Assembly (NCBI RefSeq): GCF_004010195.1
Contig: NW_025215326.1
Coordinates: forward strand, 18,659 to 82,658
From: Chiloscyllium plagiosum
Lineage: Eukaryota
Reading direction: 5' to 3'
DNA length: 64,000 bases
The position numbers and the translations under genes were made by a program. Under the pieces are notes generated by a model. It did not search any database. It had not been told where the DNA came from and saw only the letters and a list, made by a program, of their open reading frames with translations. Position 1 is the stretch's first letter. Each line of letters starts with the position of its first letter. This document shows, one piece after another, positions 1 through 11,190 of this stretch.

Positions 1-297
1 CTACAGTATGGAAGCAGGCCATTTGGCCCAACAAGACCACACCGACCCTCCAAACAGTAACCCACCCAGTCCCATTCCAGTACCCTGTATTTACTCCTGA
101 CGAATGCACATAACATTATGGGTAACTTAACATGGCCAATTCACCTGATGAAACAGCTTTGGATTGTGGAAGGAAAATGGAGCACCCAGAGGAAACACAC
201 AAACACAGTGAGAAGGTGCAAACAGAGAGTCACCTGAAGCTGGAACCAAACTCGGATCCATGGCACTATGAGGCAGCAGTACTAGCTACTGACACAG
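1..297 (-). mobile_element. HE1-type tRNA-derived SINE (elasmobranch V-SINE-like), degenerate
   Basis: Shares CATGGCCAATTCACCT, GGAGCACCCAGAGGAAAC and the ctacagt..ggaa.caggcc tail with the copies at 5305-5610 and (reverse complement) 20168-20457. Confidence 0.8.
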
Positions 298-459
298 GTA
301 CAAAATCTATTCTGCCCTTCACCCATGATGCACTTTCCAATATCACATACCATGGATAATTTATTCTCCACTGAAATTTTGATCTTATCATTATTTATTA
401 GTTTGTTATCATTCATTTTAATGATTATTATTAATAGTTGTTTTTTAGACTGGAAAGAT

Positions 460-1695
460 TGAATGGCGTTGTGAGTGGGAGATCATGCCTCTCTAATTTG
501 TTTGAGATCATTGATGAAATGACCAGTAATGTTGATGAGGATAGGGCGGTGGACATAGCCTGTAAGGTTTTCAGTAAGGCCTTTGGCAAGGTTACCATTG
601 ATAGGCTGGTCGGAAGGTGAGAATCGCATGGAATCCAGAGGGATCTGGCGAATTGGACACACAATTGGCTTCATGGTAGTAAGCAGAGGGTAATAGTGGA
701 AGGATGTCTCGGACTCGAGGCCTGTGACACATGAAGTGCCTCAGGGGTCGCTGCGGGGCTCATTGCTGTTTGTTATCTGTATCAATGATATTCTTGTGAA
801 TGTACTAGGCATGATTAGGAAACTTGAAGATGACACTAAAATAGGATATATCGTGGACAAAGAGGAAGTATATCAGAAATTGCAGCAGGACCTTTATCAA
901 ACTGGAGAAGTGAGCCGAGGAATATTTTCGCAACGTTAGATCAAGGTAGGAGTTTCATGGCGATTGGTAGGTCTTTAAGGAGTGTAGTTGAGTCAAGGGA
1001 CCATGGAGTTTAGGTCCACCATTCTCTGAAAATGGGGTCACAGTTAGACATGGTGGTGAAGAAGGCTTTTGCCACACTAGCATGCATCGGTTAGGACATG
1101 GAGGAGAGCAGTTGGGAGGTTATGTTGCAGTTATACAGGGTGTTGGTAAGGCTGCACTTGTCGTTCAGTTTTAGTCAAATTGCGGTCGGCAGCATGTTTT
1201 TAATTTGAAATGTGTGCAGACGGAATTTACAAAAATGTTGCCAGGACTCAACAGTATGAATTATAGGGAGAGGTTGGACAAGCGAGGACGTTTTTCTTTA
1301 CAGAATAGAAGACTGAGAAGGTTATTATAGAAGTTTACATGGAATAGGTGAATGGATGCAGACTTTTTTTTTCCTAGAGTTGGGGAATCGAGGAGGAGAG
1401 GGCATCATTTTAAGGTGAGAGAGGAATGAATAAAAGGGAAACTGATGGAAACTGTTTTACACAGAGAGTGATACACAAAAGGAATGAGCTGCCAACGGAA
1501 GTGGTTGAAACATTTGTATTAACGATATTTAAATGGCATTTGGGAAAGTACATGGACAGGAAAGGATGAGAATGCTATGGGCCAAGTGCTGGGAAATGAG
1601 GTAAATGTGGTTGGATATTTGGATCAGCATAGACGAGTTTAGGCTATAGGGCCTCTCTGCCTCTCTCCATGCTGTAGGACTTGATGACTCTACAA
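460..1695 (+). mobile_element. CR1 LINE, 5'-truncated, decayed ORF2 RT region and 3' tail
   Basis: Fragments GRSCLSNLFE..VDEDRAVDIACKVFSKAFGKV (438-620) and VPQGSLRGSLLFVICINDI..KLEDDTKIG (724-939) match CR1 RT motifs; many stops and frameshifts. Confidence 0.9.
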
Positions 1696-1818
1696 ATAGA
1701 ATAGCATTTGGGTTAAGCTCTCATTTATTATTTGGTCATGAGTTCGAATTATATTTGGACAATGTTCTGTCAAGTTAACTTTGCACATATTTTGCTTTTC
1801 AGTTTGTTATCGACAATA

Positions 1819-1835
1819 NNNNNNNNNNNNNNNNN
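1819..1835. other. Assembly gap (17 N)
   Basis: Run of N. Confidence 1.
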
Positions 1836-2099
1836 TGTTTATCAGTATTTTTTAAAGGAAAATATCAATGTACATATTTGCAATATCCTCTCGTCAGTCC
1901 TCTTTCCATCATAGTTTGAGCAACTTTGTTTTGGTCATAAACGTGTTGTTTTAGCAGATTAAAGAAATCTGCCTGACTTGTTCCAAACACTGACCCTGAC
2001 CCAGTCTGAGAACTATATCATTTGCCATATCACCAACATAGTTATAATTATTTTTTTGTGGCCAGTGGAGGGGTGGGGCTAGAAAAGAGAGCAGTGAGC

Positions 2100-3420
2100 T
2101 AAAACAACACAGGGAATTATCGACTCAATCAGCCAAAGTTAGTGTCGAGGAATTCGTTGGAAGGGATTCTGAGGGATACGATTTACATCTATTTAGAATG
2201 ACAAGGACTGATTAGGGATAGTCAATATGGATTTGTGTGATGGAAATCATGTCTAATTAATGTGATTGAGTATTATGAAGAGGTGACAAAGAAGATTCAA
2301 GAGGATACTTTGGTATACATTGTTTACACAGACTTCAGCAAGGCATTTAATACGGTACCTCATCGTAGACAGATTACTAAAATTAGGTTATATGTAATCT
2401 TAGAAAAGCTAACCAATTGGATACAAAATTGGATTGAAGGTAATGGCTTGTTTTCCAGAAAGAAGACCTATGGCTAGCGGTGTGCTGAAAGAATCAGTGC
2501 TGAGCTCACTGCTTTTCATCACGGATATAAACAACATTGATATGATTATCGGAGGCATGGTTAGTAAGTTTACAGATAACATCACCAAAGTGGTGCAGTG
2601 GACAGTGAAGAAGATTATCTCAGAATATAACGGGATCTTTGACATCAATGAGCCAAGGACTGGCAGATGGAGTTTAATTTAGATATTTGTGAGGTTTTGC
2701 ATTTTGACAAGTTAAAGCAGGGAATGAACAAAGAGGCCTACGGGTGAAGATTCATAGTTCCTTGAAAGTGGAGTTTACGTCGGTAGAGTGGTGAGGAACA
2801 TGGTTGGCATGCTTGTCTTAGTCTGTCAGAACATTGAGTATAGGAGTAGCGGTAACCTGTTGCGCTTGTACAGGAGGTAGGTGAGACCACTTTAAGAATA
2901 TTGCGTACATATCAGTTGACTCTGCTAAAGGATGGATGTTGTTAAGCTTGGAAGGGTGCAGAAAAGATTTACAAGGATTTTCTGGAACCTGAGAGTTTGA
3001 GCTACAGGGAGATGATGAACAGGTTGAGGGAGGCTTTTTCTCTGGACTGTCAGAGGCTGAATGGTGACATGACAGAGGTTTAAAAAAAGTCCTGAGGGGC
3101 ATGGATAGTCTGAATAGGCAAGATCTTTTCCCAGTGTAGGGGCGTCCAGAACTAGACTGCATAGGCTGAAGGTGACAGGGCAAAGACTTAGAAGGACCTG
3201 AGGGATTTTTTTTCACACAGAGGTTGTTGGGTGTACTGTCAGAGGAAGTGGTGAAAGCGGGTACAATTACATGTTTAAAATGTATCTGGATAGGTACGTA
3301 AATAGGAATGGTTCAGAGGGATGTGGGCCAAATGCTGACAAGTGGGACGAGATCTGATTCAGATGCCAGATAGGCACAGACAATTTGGACAAAAGGAGCT
3401 GTTTCCACGCTGTATGACTC
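2100..3420 (+). mobile_element. CR1 LINE, 5'-truncated, decayed
   Basis: YTDFSKAFNTVPHRRQITKI (2262-2477) and SGVLKESVLSSLLFITDINNID..VSKFTD (2434-2682); 3' tail ends gctgtatgactc near 3420. Confidence 0.9.
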
Positions 3421-4231
3421 ACTTATTGTCACAACGGGACGAGGGAAAATTCTAAAAGGGCCTTTCGAATGGTAATTCTCTTCCCCAGAAGTTTGTGGTG
3501 CTTCTCTGATTACAAGTATTCACAGCTGAGTTAGTTAAAGATTTAACAGAGAAATGTGTCACGGATAATGGGACACAGGCAGGAAAATGAGGCTGAGACC
3601 ACAATCTGATCAGCGACAATCTTAATGCCTGGTGGAGAAGGCTCAAATTCTCTAATGACCCACTCCTGCTCCTCAGTCCCATGTTTCTGTGTTCCATTCC
3701 ACCTCTCTAACCTGCTAGACAGGAGCAGTTAGAGTCCACTTAATTTTATAGCATGGTGCACAGAAATAGAGGAAACAATTCGGTCCCTCGACACTGTCCC
3801 ACTCGGTTTGGGAGATTTGTAAAATGTAATTGGAAGACCCAGGCTGGATATAGAAGAGGTCACTCATTTCTCTTTACAGAGCTTCCCCTCTCTGTATCTT
3901 GTGCTTCATGTTTATCATGTTGTAGACCCAGATTCACTGTGAATACAGCCCCCAAATCTCACCCAGTGATGGCTCACAAAATCCACGGGTCTCCCGGATT
4001 GCAACATTCCATAAAAGACCTTCCAGGAAAATAAAACCAACTAACCTTCCAATAACTGAATGGGAGAACATCAGAAATAGGGGCAGGTCATTCACATCCC
4101 AAGCTTGCCTTACCTTCATGAAGATGAAAGCTGACCTGCTCCAAGTCTCAAATCTTCCTTAATGTCCAAGTCTCCTTGAGCACTTCCATAGAGTACAGAA
4201 CAAAGAATAGTACTGATTTGGACTGGGGTGT

Positions 4232-4665
4232 ATAAAGTTAACAATCACACAACACCAGGTTATAGTCCTAACACATTTAATTGGAAGCATACTAGCTTTC
4301 GGAGCGTAACTCCTTCATCAGGTGATAGTGGAGGGCTCAATCCTAACACAGAATTTATAGCAGAAATTTGCAGTGTGATGTAACTGAAATTATACATTGA
4401 AAAAATGATTATTCAGCCTTTCATCTGTTAGAATACCATGATAGTTTCACTGCTTTCATATGTAAATCACAAAACTTTTTTTTAAAAGTTGCATTCTCAG
4501 GTTAGCTGTAAATAATGGTGGTTGCTAGACAATATGGTGAAGGTGTTGCCCCCTGTGTTCTCTGTCTATGCCATAATGCTTAGATTGGTTCTAATCTAAA
4601 AAGTGAGATAACGCAGTTTTACAAGAATTCATGCAGTTTTTGAGTTCAGAGTTCGACATGAAGGC
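4232..4665 (-). mobile_element. Penelope-like element 3' terminal region with minimal hammerhead motif
   Basis: Minus strand at ~4290-4325 reads CAC-CTGATGA-A-GGAG-TTACG-CTCC-GAAA-GCTAG, followed by a tail ending ...ggtgttgtgtgattgttaacttt. Confidence 0.6.
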
Positions 4666-5075
4666 ATGCAATTAGGACCTTCAGCCCTCGACATTGTGCC
4701 GTTTATCCTACTCCAAGATCAGACTAACCTACATGCTTCCGTTCACTTTGTTCAATGTGCCTATCCAAGAATCTCTTACGTTTCCCTCACGTATTTGACT
4801 CTATTACCACCACTGGCAGTGCATTCGGCACACCCAGCACTCTCTGTGTAAAGAATCTACCACTGATATCTCCCCTAAACCTTCCTCCAGTTACCTTAAA
4901 ATTATGCCACCTAGTCATAGACATTTCTGCCCTAGGAACATGCTTCTGGCTATTCACATGTCTCTATGCCTATCATCATCTTGTACACCTTCATTGAGAA
5001 AAGCCCTCGCTCCCTCATGGTTTCTTCATAAGACGTGCCTTCCAGTCCAGGCAGCATCTTGTTAAATCTCCTCCT
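4665..5075 (-). mobile_element. CR1 LINE 3' fragment
   Basis: Reverse complement of the CR1 ORF2 C-terminus (ctctgtgtaaagaa = FFTQR motif); similar to 16210-16650. Confidence 0.8.
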
Positions 5076-5246
5076 GCTAAATTGCACTTAATGAGAATTA
5101 GTTGTGACCTCTACACTTTTTGGAGTCATTCAGGCACAAGGAAAGATGATTATCATTGGTGGGCATCAATCATCTCAGCCGTGGGACACATCTGCAGGAG
5201 ATCCTCAGCGTAGCTTCCTCAGCCCAAGCATCTCCAGTTTGTCAAC

Positions 5247-5610
5247 ATAGAATCCCTACAGTGTGGAAGGAGGCGATTCAGCCCTTTGAGTCCAAACTGA
5301 GCAGATTAGATTCCCTACAGTGTGGAAACAGGCACTTCGGCCCATCCAGTCCACACTGACCCTCCGGAGAGTAACCCACCAGGCACATTTCCCTCTGACT
5401 AATGCATCTAACATAATGGACAATTTAGCATGGCCAATTCACCTGGCCTGAACATCTTCGGACTGTGGGAGGAAACCGGAGCACCCAGAGGAAACTCATG
5501 CAGACAAGTGGGGAATGTGCAAACTCCACACAGGCAGTTGTCCAAGGCTGGAATCGAACCTGGGACCCTGATGCTGTCAAGCGGCAGTGTAAGCTACTGA
5601 GCCACCGTGC
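5247..5610 (-). mobile_element. HE1-type SINE with a second 3' tail in tandem
   Basis: Minus strand starts GCACGGTGGCTCAGTAG (A box) and has GGTTCGATTCC (B box, ~5551-5561). The tail motif ccctacagtgtggaa occurs twice (~5253 and ~5313). Confidence 0.9.
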
Positions 5611-6469
5611 GTGTAGAAGAGGGAGCATTCACTGAAGTTTACAAAATTTTCAGGACAAGTTGTCCCTCTTCAGCTCTTTAAACAGTCTGTGACCATGTAC
5701 AGCAAGACCTGGACAACATTCAAGACCGTGCTGTTGAAGTCTGGGTAACATTTATGTAACAGCACAGTACATTTCCACAGTAAAAGGAGGAGTTCATTCA
5801 GCACCTCAATCTGGGTGCACAAAAATGTGGGGAAGCCATTCATCCCATCAAAACTACTGGGCAAGAAGAAGGATAGCCCATTCAGTTCCTCCTGCCCATT
5901 GCACAGGAAGACAGGGAGTCTCCTCTCTCCCACATGTAACGTACATAGGATCAGAAAGAACCATTTCACACCCAGAGTAACTTACAAAGGAACAGGAAGA
6001 GGTTATTCAGCTTGGCAAGCCACAAACGCAAGAACAGGAAAGTGTCAGAGATGCTCCAACATCACAAACAAATGGAACAGAGACTGCACAGACAGACTGC
6101 TCCAAATTGATCCACATGGCTTAATTACTCATGGTACATATGTATTACTTTAACATGGGTTTTCTGACAGTCGGAATGAAGCCAAAATAGTTTAGCCATT
6201 TTCCAAGTTATCTTCCATCTCCAGGAAGGCATACCCATGGTCTCCGTGGAGGTCAGAAGCCATTGGGGAATAACTAATTGTTTCAGAATGACGGTATTTT
6301 GGCTGATGACAGGATTGTGTGCAAAGTGACATTCAATGCAGTGTCACACAGTAACTGTGCATTAAAATGTTCAGAGTTCATTCAGAGCCTGTGCCTCTCC
6401 ATCAATCGACATGGGGGCTCTGCAGATGCATGTAAAGTGTCGTGAATCAAACATCTAATAAAAAGTATG

Positions 6470-7450
6470 AAATTTTCACCCTAGTCAGCTGTTTGGGACA
6501 TAATGAGTTTTTGTCCATACCCATCAAGCTTCAACTTCTTATTCTCTCACAGCTCTACAGATTAAACACATCGTTACTGCACTCTCTCCTCATGGTAACA
6601 TCATGCCAATGTTTAGTCAGGTCAAACTACGTTGCACTCTCTCAGTGACAAAGCGATCATTGTTTATAAAGCAGACCAAACCTTTACACAATGCACCAAA
6701 TACTCTCTCAACAAAACACGATCATTGGGAAAGATATTCTAACTTTTGTACTTCAATCATTTTGCATGAAGAACCACATATCATTTACTTCCTGCCCCCG
6801 TATGAATTCTGTCAGTGTCTTATGACCAAGTACATCCAGGTCCTTTTCAACAAAAGCAATCGCCAACCTCTGTACCATTTAATAAATATAAATGTATATG
6901 ATGATATTTGTTGTTCACATCTGAATCATTTTTATACTTTGTGAACAGCTATTGCCCAAACACTGATCCTGCTGCCGCCCATCAATCCTTCAGTCCATAG
7001 AGAAACAGTATTCTTCTCGTATCTCCATTCCCCAATGTTTAATCCATGTGGTATATATTCCACCCCTACCTACCCATGGACCCTAACATTCCCCATTCAC
7101 CTGTATTCAAACATGTCAAGCGTCTTCTAAAAATACAAATACTCCACTCCCATTTGTTCTCAACTGTCGATGTCACAACGGATAATCTCCACACACAGAT
7201 TTATCAAAGATCATCTCCCTTTCCTGAATCTAGGCCGAATGTACCAAATCATATCATTATTCTTCAAGTATCTAGTTGAGAAACGTTCCTTATAAAACGT
7301 TCCAATATTTTCTTTCTCACAGATGACATCAAGCTATTTATTTTTGTGTTTTCCTACTCCATCCTGTTTTAAATATTTAGGTTTACAATAGTTGTTTTCC
7401 AGTCTGAAGCATCCTTTCCAGCATGTTAGAATAACTTCCCATTCTGTTTT
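6470..7450 (-). mobile_element. Ancient, highly decayed CR1-type RT fragment
   Basis: Reverse-complement remnants of QGSVLG (gcccaaacactgatcctg, ~6955) and D..KAFD (gtcaagcgtcttctaaaaatac, ~7115). Confidence 0.45.
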
Positions 7451-7490
7451 CCTTCCAGTCCATCATCAGCAATCATTTTGCTTGCTTTTC

Positions 7491-7491
7491 T

Positions 7492-7520
<29 letters not shown>
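7491..7520. repeat. (CT)n microsatellite
   Basis: ttctctctctctctctctctctctttctct. Confidence 0.95.
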
Positions 7521-7522
<2 letters not shown>

Positions 7523-7759
7523 CTGGACATCATCCACTCAACACAAACCGCCCGCTCACCCTTCCAACCATCCCTGATATAATAATATTATTTCTCAGTT
7601 GCATTCAGTTTCGAAAGGTTCACTGACAGACTGCCATACCTGCTGTTTCTTCCGACAGACTGCCATACTGGCTGAGATTCTCCAACATTCTTTCAGACGG
7701 TGGAGAATTTTATTTCAGATCGCCAGCATCCGCATTTCCTTGGTTATTTCACCTTTAAT

Positions 7760-8110
7760 GTTGTTGTTTCGCGGGATGCCAGCATCACTAGCAAGGGCAG
7801 CATTTGTTGTGCATCCTAACTGCCCTTGACCATGCGGCCATTTGTCAAGGCAATATGGAGGCAACCATATTGTTGTAGATCTGAGGTTACACTTAGTTCA
7901 GACAGGGAAAAAGTGTTCGGCTTCTTTACCAAAGATTACTAATAAAATAATAAAAGAAATCCTGATGGTTTATGGTTGCCATGATTGAAATTAGGTTTCA
8001 TTGAAATTAGGTTTCATTCCAAATTTTGTCATTGGAATTTAAATTTCGTCATCGGCTGTGGTAGGAGTTCAGACAATGGTTTTAGAGTCATAACGTGTGC
8101 CTCTGAATTA
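7760..8110 (-). mobile_element. Old SINE-like interspersed repeat with a LINE-type 3' tail
   Basis: Weak reverse-complement similarity to 25700-25990 and to the tail at 13350-13430 (catcctaactgcccttga). Confidence 0.4.
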
Positions 8111-8548
8111 TATTATTACTCTGTTTAAGAGTCCATGTCGTGAATGAACTGTAGAGACAAGAACAAATTTGTGGTCAAACTATTTGTAACTGGAAGAGAG
8201 GTCAGGAGAGAACTGGAGCCATAAAATCTATCATTAATGAAGGGGTAGATGATGGCAAATTCAGCAACAGAACTCAGGCAGAGCTGATGATTGGGGATAT
8301 TATGAAGGTGGATGTCAGCAGGTTTGATAACATAGAGAACATGGAGACATAAAACAGTTCACGGTAAAAAGGGACTTAAGGTTCCGAACAGTCTTATTCC
8401 TTCTCAAATGTTTATGAGTAAGTAGTTTGGAAATGCATAAGAAGGAAGTGGCGTTTGTGACTGAAAGTTTATGTTTTTGTTAAATATAATCAACCAGAAT
8501 AGCAATAACATGCAGCATCATTTATACAATTGACAGAGATCGACTTAC

Positions 8549-8723
8549 CAGGAATACCAATAATGGCGAGGATGGGATAGTACCCAGCTTGAATAATCAT
8601 CAGTACGGCTAGTATCCGCAACTCTAACCGTGGCCAATCCAGAGAAAGCCAATAAAGACCCAAGGATAAACTCCTGTCCATTGTTGGAACGTTCCAGTCT
8701 AATGTTTTCAGATTCTGATCCAT
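8549..8723 (-). CDS. First coding exon of a class A GPCR, GPR139/GPR142-like (N-terminus and start of TM1)
   Basis: MDQNLKTLDWNVPTMDRSLSLGLYWLSLDWPRLELRILAVLMIIQAGYYPILAIIGIP ends at a strong donor CCTG|GTAAGT (intron starts at 8548, phase 1). YYPILAIIGIP resembles the YY..L..xGxP start of TM1 in GPR139/142-like receptors. The start could be the ATG at 8723 or 8681. Confidence 0.75.
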
Positions 8724-8798
8724 TGTTGTAAGATTCCAGCCTAATTTCTCAGATTGAAATCCATTGTTGGACCATTCTAATGTTCTCAGATTCTGATC
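8679..8798 (-). repeat. ~42-bp tandem repeat x3 spanning the GPCR start codon
   Basis: Minus-strand units: gatcagaatctgagaacattagaatggtccaacaatg / gatttcaatctgagaaattaggctggaatcttacaacaatg / gatcagaatctgaaaacattagactggaacgttccaacaatg. Confidence 0.85.
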
Positions 8799-10435
8799 TC
8801 TCTCTCTTTCTCTGTAGCCGCTGATCCCAATATTGTTGAGTTTGACTCTGCCCCGAATATTATGGCATAACAAGTTGAAAGAAGGTCCTAATTATGGAAG
8901 AGGGAAAGCCTCCAGTGACCCAGTTAGGTCCAGGAAGACTGATATTAATCACAATCACTGAACAAACCCATTTCACGGCAACTCTGATGTATCACAATAA
9001 TACTTGGTGTGGGTGAAATTTTGATATCGCTGATTATTGGTCTAATGGCACATCTCCAGTTGTAAACATAGAGGTGAGGGAAAGAGATTATTCTTTCTCT
9101 GCACAAGCTCGATGATTCTGCTGTGTTTTAGCAGTGTAGGAATTGCTGGGCTCCCGAGGCTGTCTGTGTCTGATCACCAGGCCTGCTACATCTTTTCGTT
9201 TTATTTATTTATGTTTAACTTTGACTTTTGTCTGTCCAGCATTTAACGGCTAAGGTGGGTTTAGGCATTTTTGAGAGACACCTACAGAGCCATAGATGAT
9301 GTAGATACAGTCCATTCCTTGTGTTCTTGCAGCCACAGCCTGGTCCTGGTGAGTGATGGTCAAACTCTCACAGAACCAGGATTCTTAGTTTTACCTTTCG
9401 CCAGTTATTGCTGGGGTCTCAGCAGGGTTGGAAGGCAGGAAATCTCTCCCGGGTGCTGCACACTCTCTCTGTGATTTCTCTCGGAACTGTCTTTTGATGT
9501 TCTTTCCTCCTGGATTGGAGAACTGCATGTGAGACAATCTGTTTCCTGCATTTGACTTTTGACATTTGTGTGCTTATTGGATGATACCATATTGGAGCAG
9601 TTACTGTATCACTGTTAAATAAACTATTATTCAGCTAAGTTTTCCAACAGAATTAAGTTATTGCAAGTTCCTCTTCCTTTTGTTGTCTTTTTTCAACAGT
9701 ATTCAAATAAATAGTGTTTTGCTTAACCTTGAATGTTTTGACCAAGTAAATTCTATCTGAAACATATCACCTCACATTTACCAGCGGAATGGGCCGAACT
9801 GGAGGAGCGATAATCATGTCAGGAATTATATCGGATACTGAATCCACCTCTCAGATCCAGCCTGGCTACGCATTAGCCCAGATAAGATCCCTGCTCAGCA
9901 TGAAGCACTGCGTAGACAAGGCTAGTGTATTGCTCAGCAATCCATCCAGGATCGAACACTGTTTAGAACTCATCAGTTCACCACTTATCTGTCCAACAGT
10001 GCACTGATCTATAAACTTAGACTAGATGATCTGTTCAGCACAGGGCACACAAAGGCATTGTTCTATCCACACGGACTGGATATCTGTGCAGCATGGGGAG
10101 CTGTGCAGTAAATAGCAGTGAATTTATCCATTAATCTGGAGCACTTATTTCCCAGCATACACAGCTGTGTACACAAATCACTGTATTGCTGAGTAACACT
10201 GTATCAGATCACTGCCCAGCGTGGGGAAACTTGCAGCTCATGCTGGAAGTGACAGGATGTGCAGCTCCCTCCATTTACAGCTCCATATCTACAGTGTGGC
10301 AGGACACAGGGGTGCTGTGGAAGTGAAACTCACTGCCGGAGAGAGATGGCGGGGGAATCAGTTTAAATACCAACAAATGGGAGGAGCTTGGTTAAAAAGC
10401 GAGGGGGAGATTGAGAGAGAATTTCAGAGAAGGAT

Positions 10436-11190
10436 NNNNNNNNNNNNNNNNNNNNNNNNNNNNNNNNNNNNNNNNNNNNNNNNNNNNNNNNNNNNNNNNN
10501 NNNNNNNNNNNNNNNNNNNNNNNNNNNNNNNNNNNNNNNNNNNNNNNNNNNNNNNNNNNNNNNNNNNNNNNNNNNNNNNNNNNNNNNNNNNNNNNNNNNN
10601 NNNNNNNNNNNNNNNNNNNNNNNNNNNNNNNNNNNNNNNNNNNNNNNNNNNNNNNNNNNNNNNNNNNNNNNNNNNNNNNNNNNNNNNNNNNNNNNNNNNN
10701 NNNNNNNNNNNNNNNNNNNNNNNNNNNNNNNNNNNNNNNNNNNNNNNNNNNNNNNNNNNNNNNNNNNNNNNNNNNNNNNNNNNNNNNNNNNNNNNNNNNN
10801 NNNNNNNNNNNNNNNNNNNNNNNNNNNNNNNNNNNNNNNNNNNNNNNNNNNNNNNNNNNNNNNNNNNNNNNNNNNNNNNNNNNNNNNNNNNNNNNNNNNN
10901 NNNNNNNNNNNNNNNNNNNNNNNNNNNNNNNNNNNNNNNNNNNNNNNNNNNNNNNNNNNNNNNNNNNNNNNNNNNNNNNNNNNNNNNNNNNNNNNNNNNN
11001 NNNNNNNNNNNNNNNNNNNNNNNNNNNNNNNNNNNNNNNNNNNNNNNNNNNNNNNNNNNNNNNNNNNNNNNNNNNNNNNNNNNNNNNNNNNNNNNNNNNN
11101 NNNNNNNNNNNNNNNNNNNNNNNNNNNNNNNNNNNNNNNNNNNNNNNNNNNNNNNNNNNNNNNNNNNNNNNNNNNNNNNNNNNNNNNNNN
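10436..11190. other. Assembly gap
   Basis: Run of N; the long ORFs across it are artefacts. Confidence 1.

Noticed and set aside
3452..3697. Conserved small protein MEHRNMGLR.., also at 29136-29354
   Set aside because: Incidental reading of a LINE 3' tail inside the segmental duplication; no evidence of coding constraint
8490..8873. The full 127-aa ORF as a complete protein
   Set aside because: It begins at a non-ATG codon and runs past a strong splice donor; only 8549-8723 is supported as coding
9080..9785. Possible solo LTR upstream of the GPCR exon
   Set aside because: It has an AATAAA and a repeat-like feel, but I could not identify TG..CA termini, a TSD or a second copy
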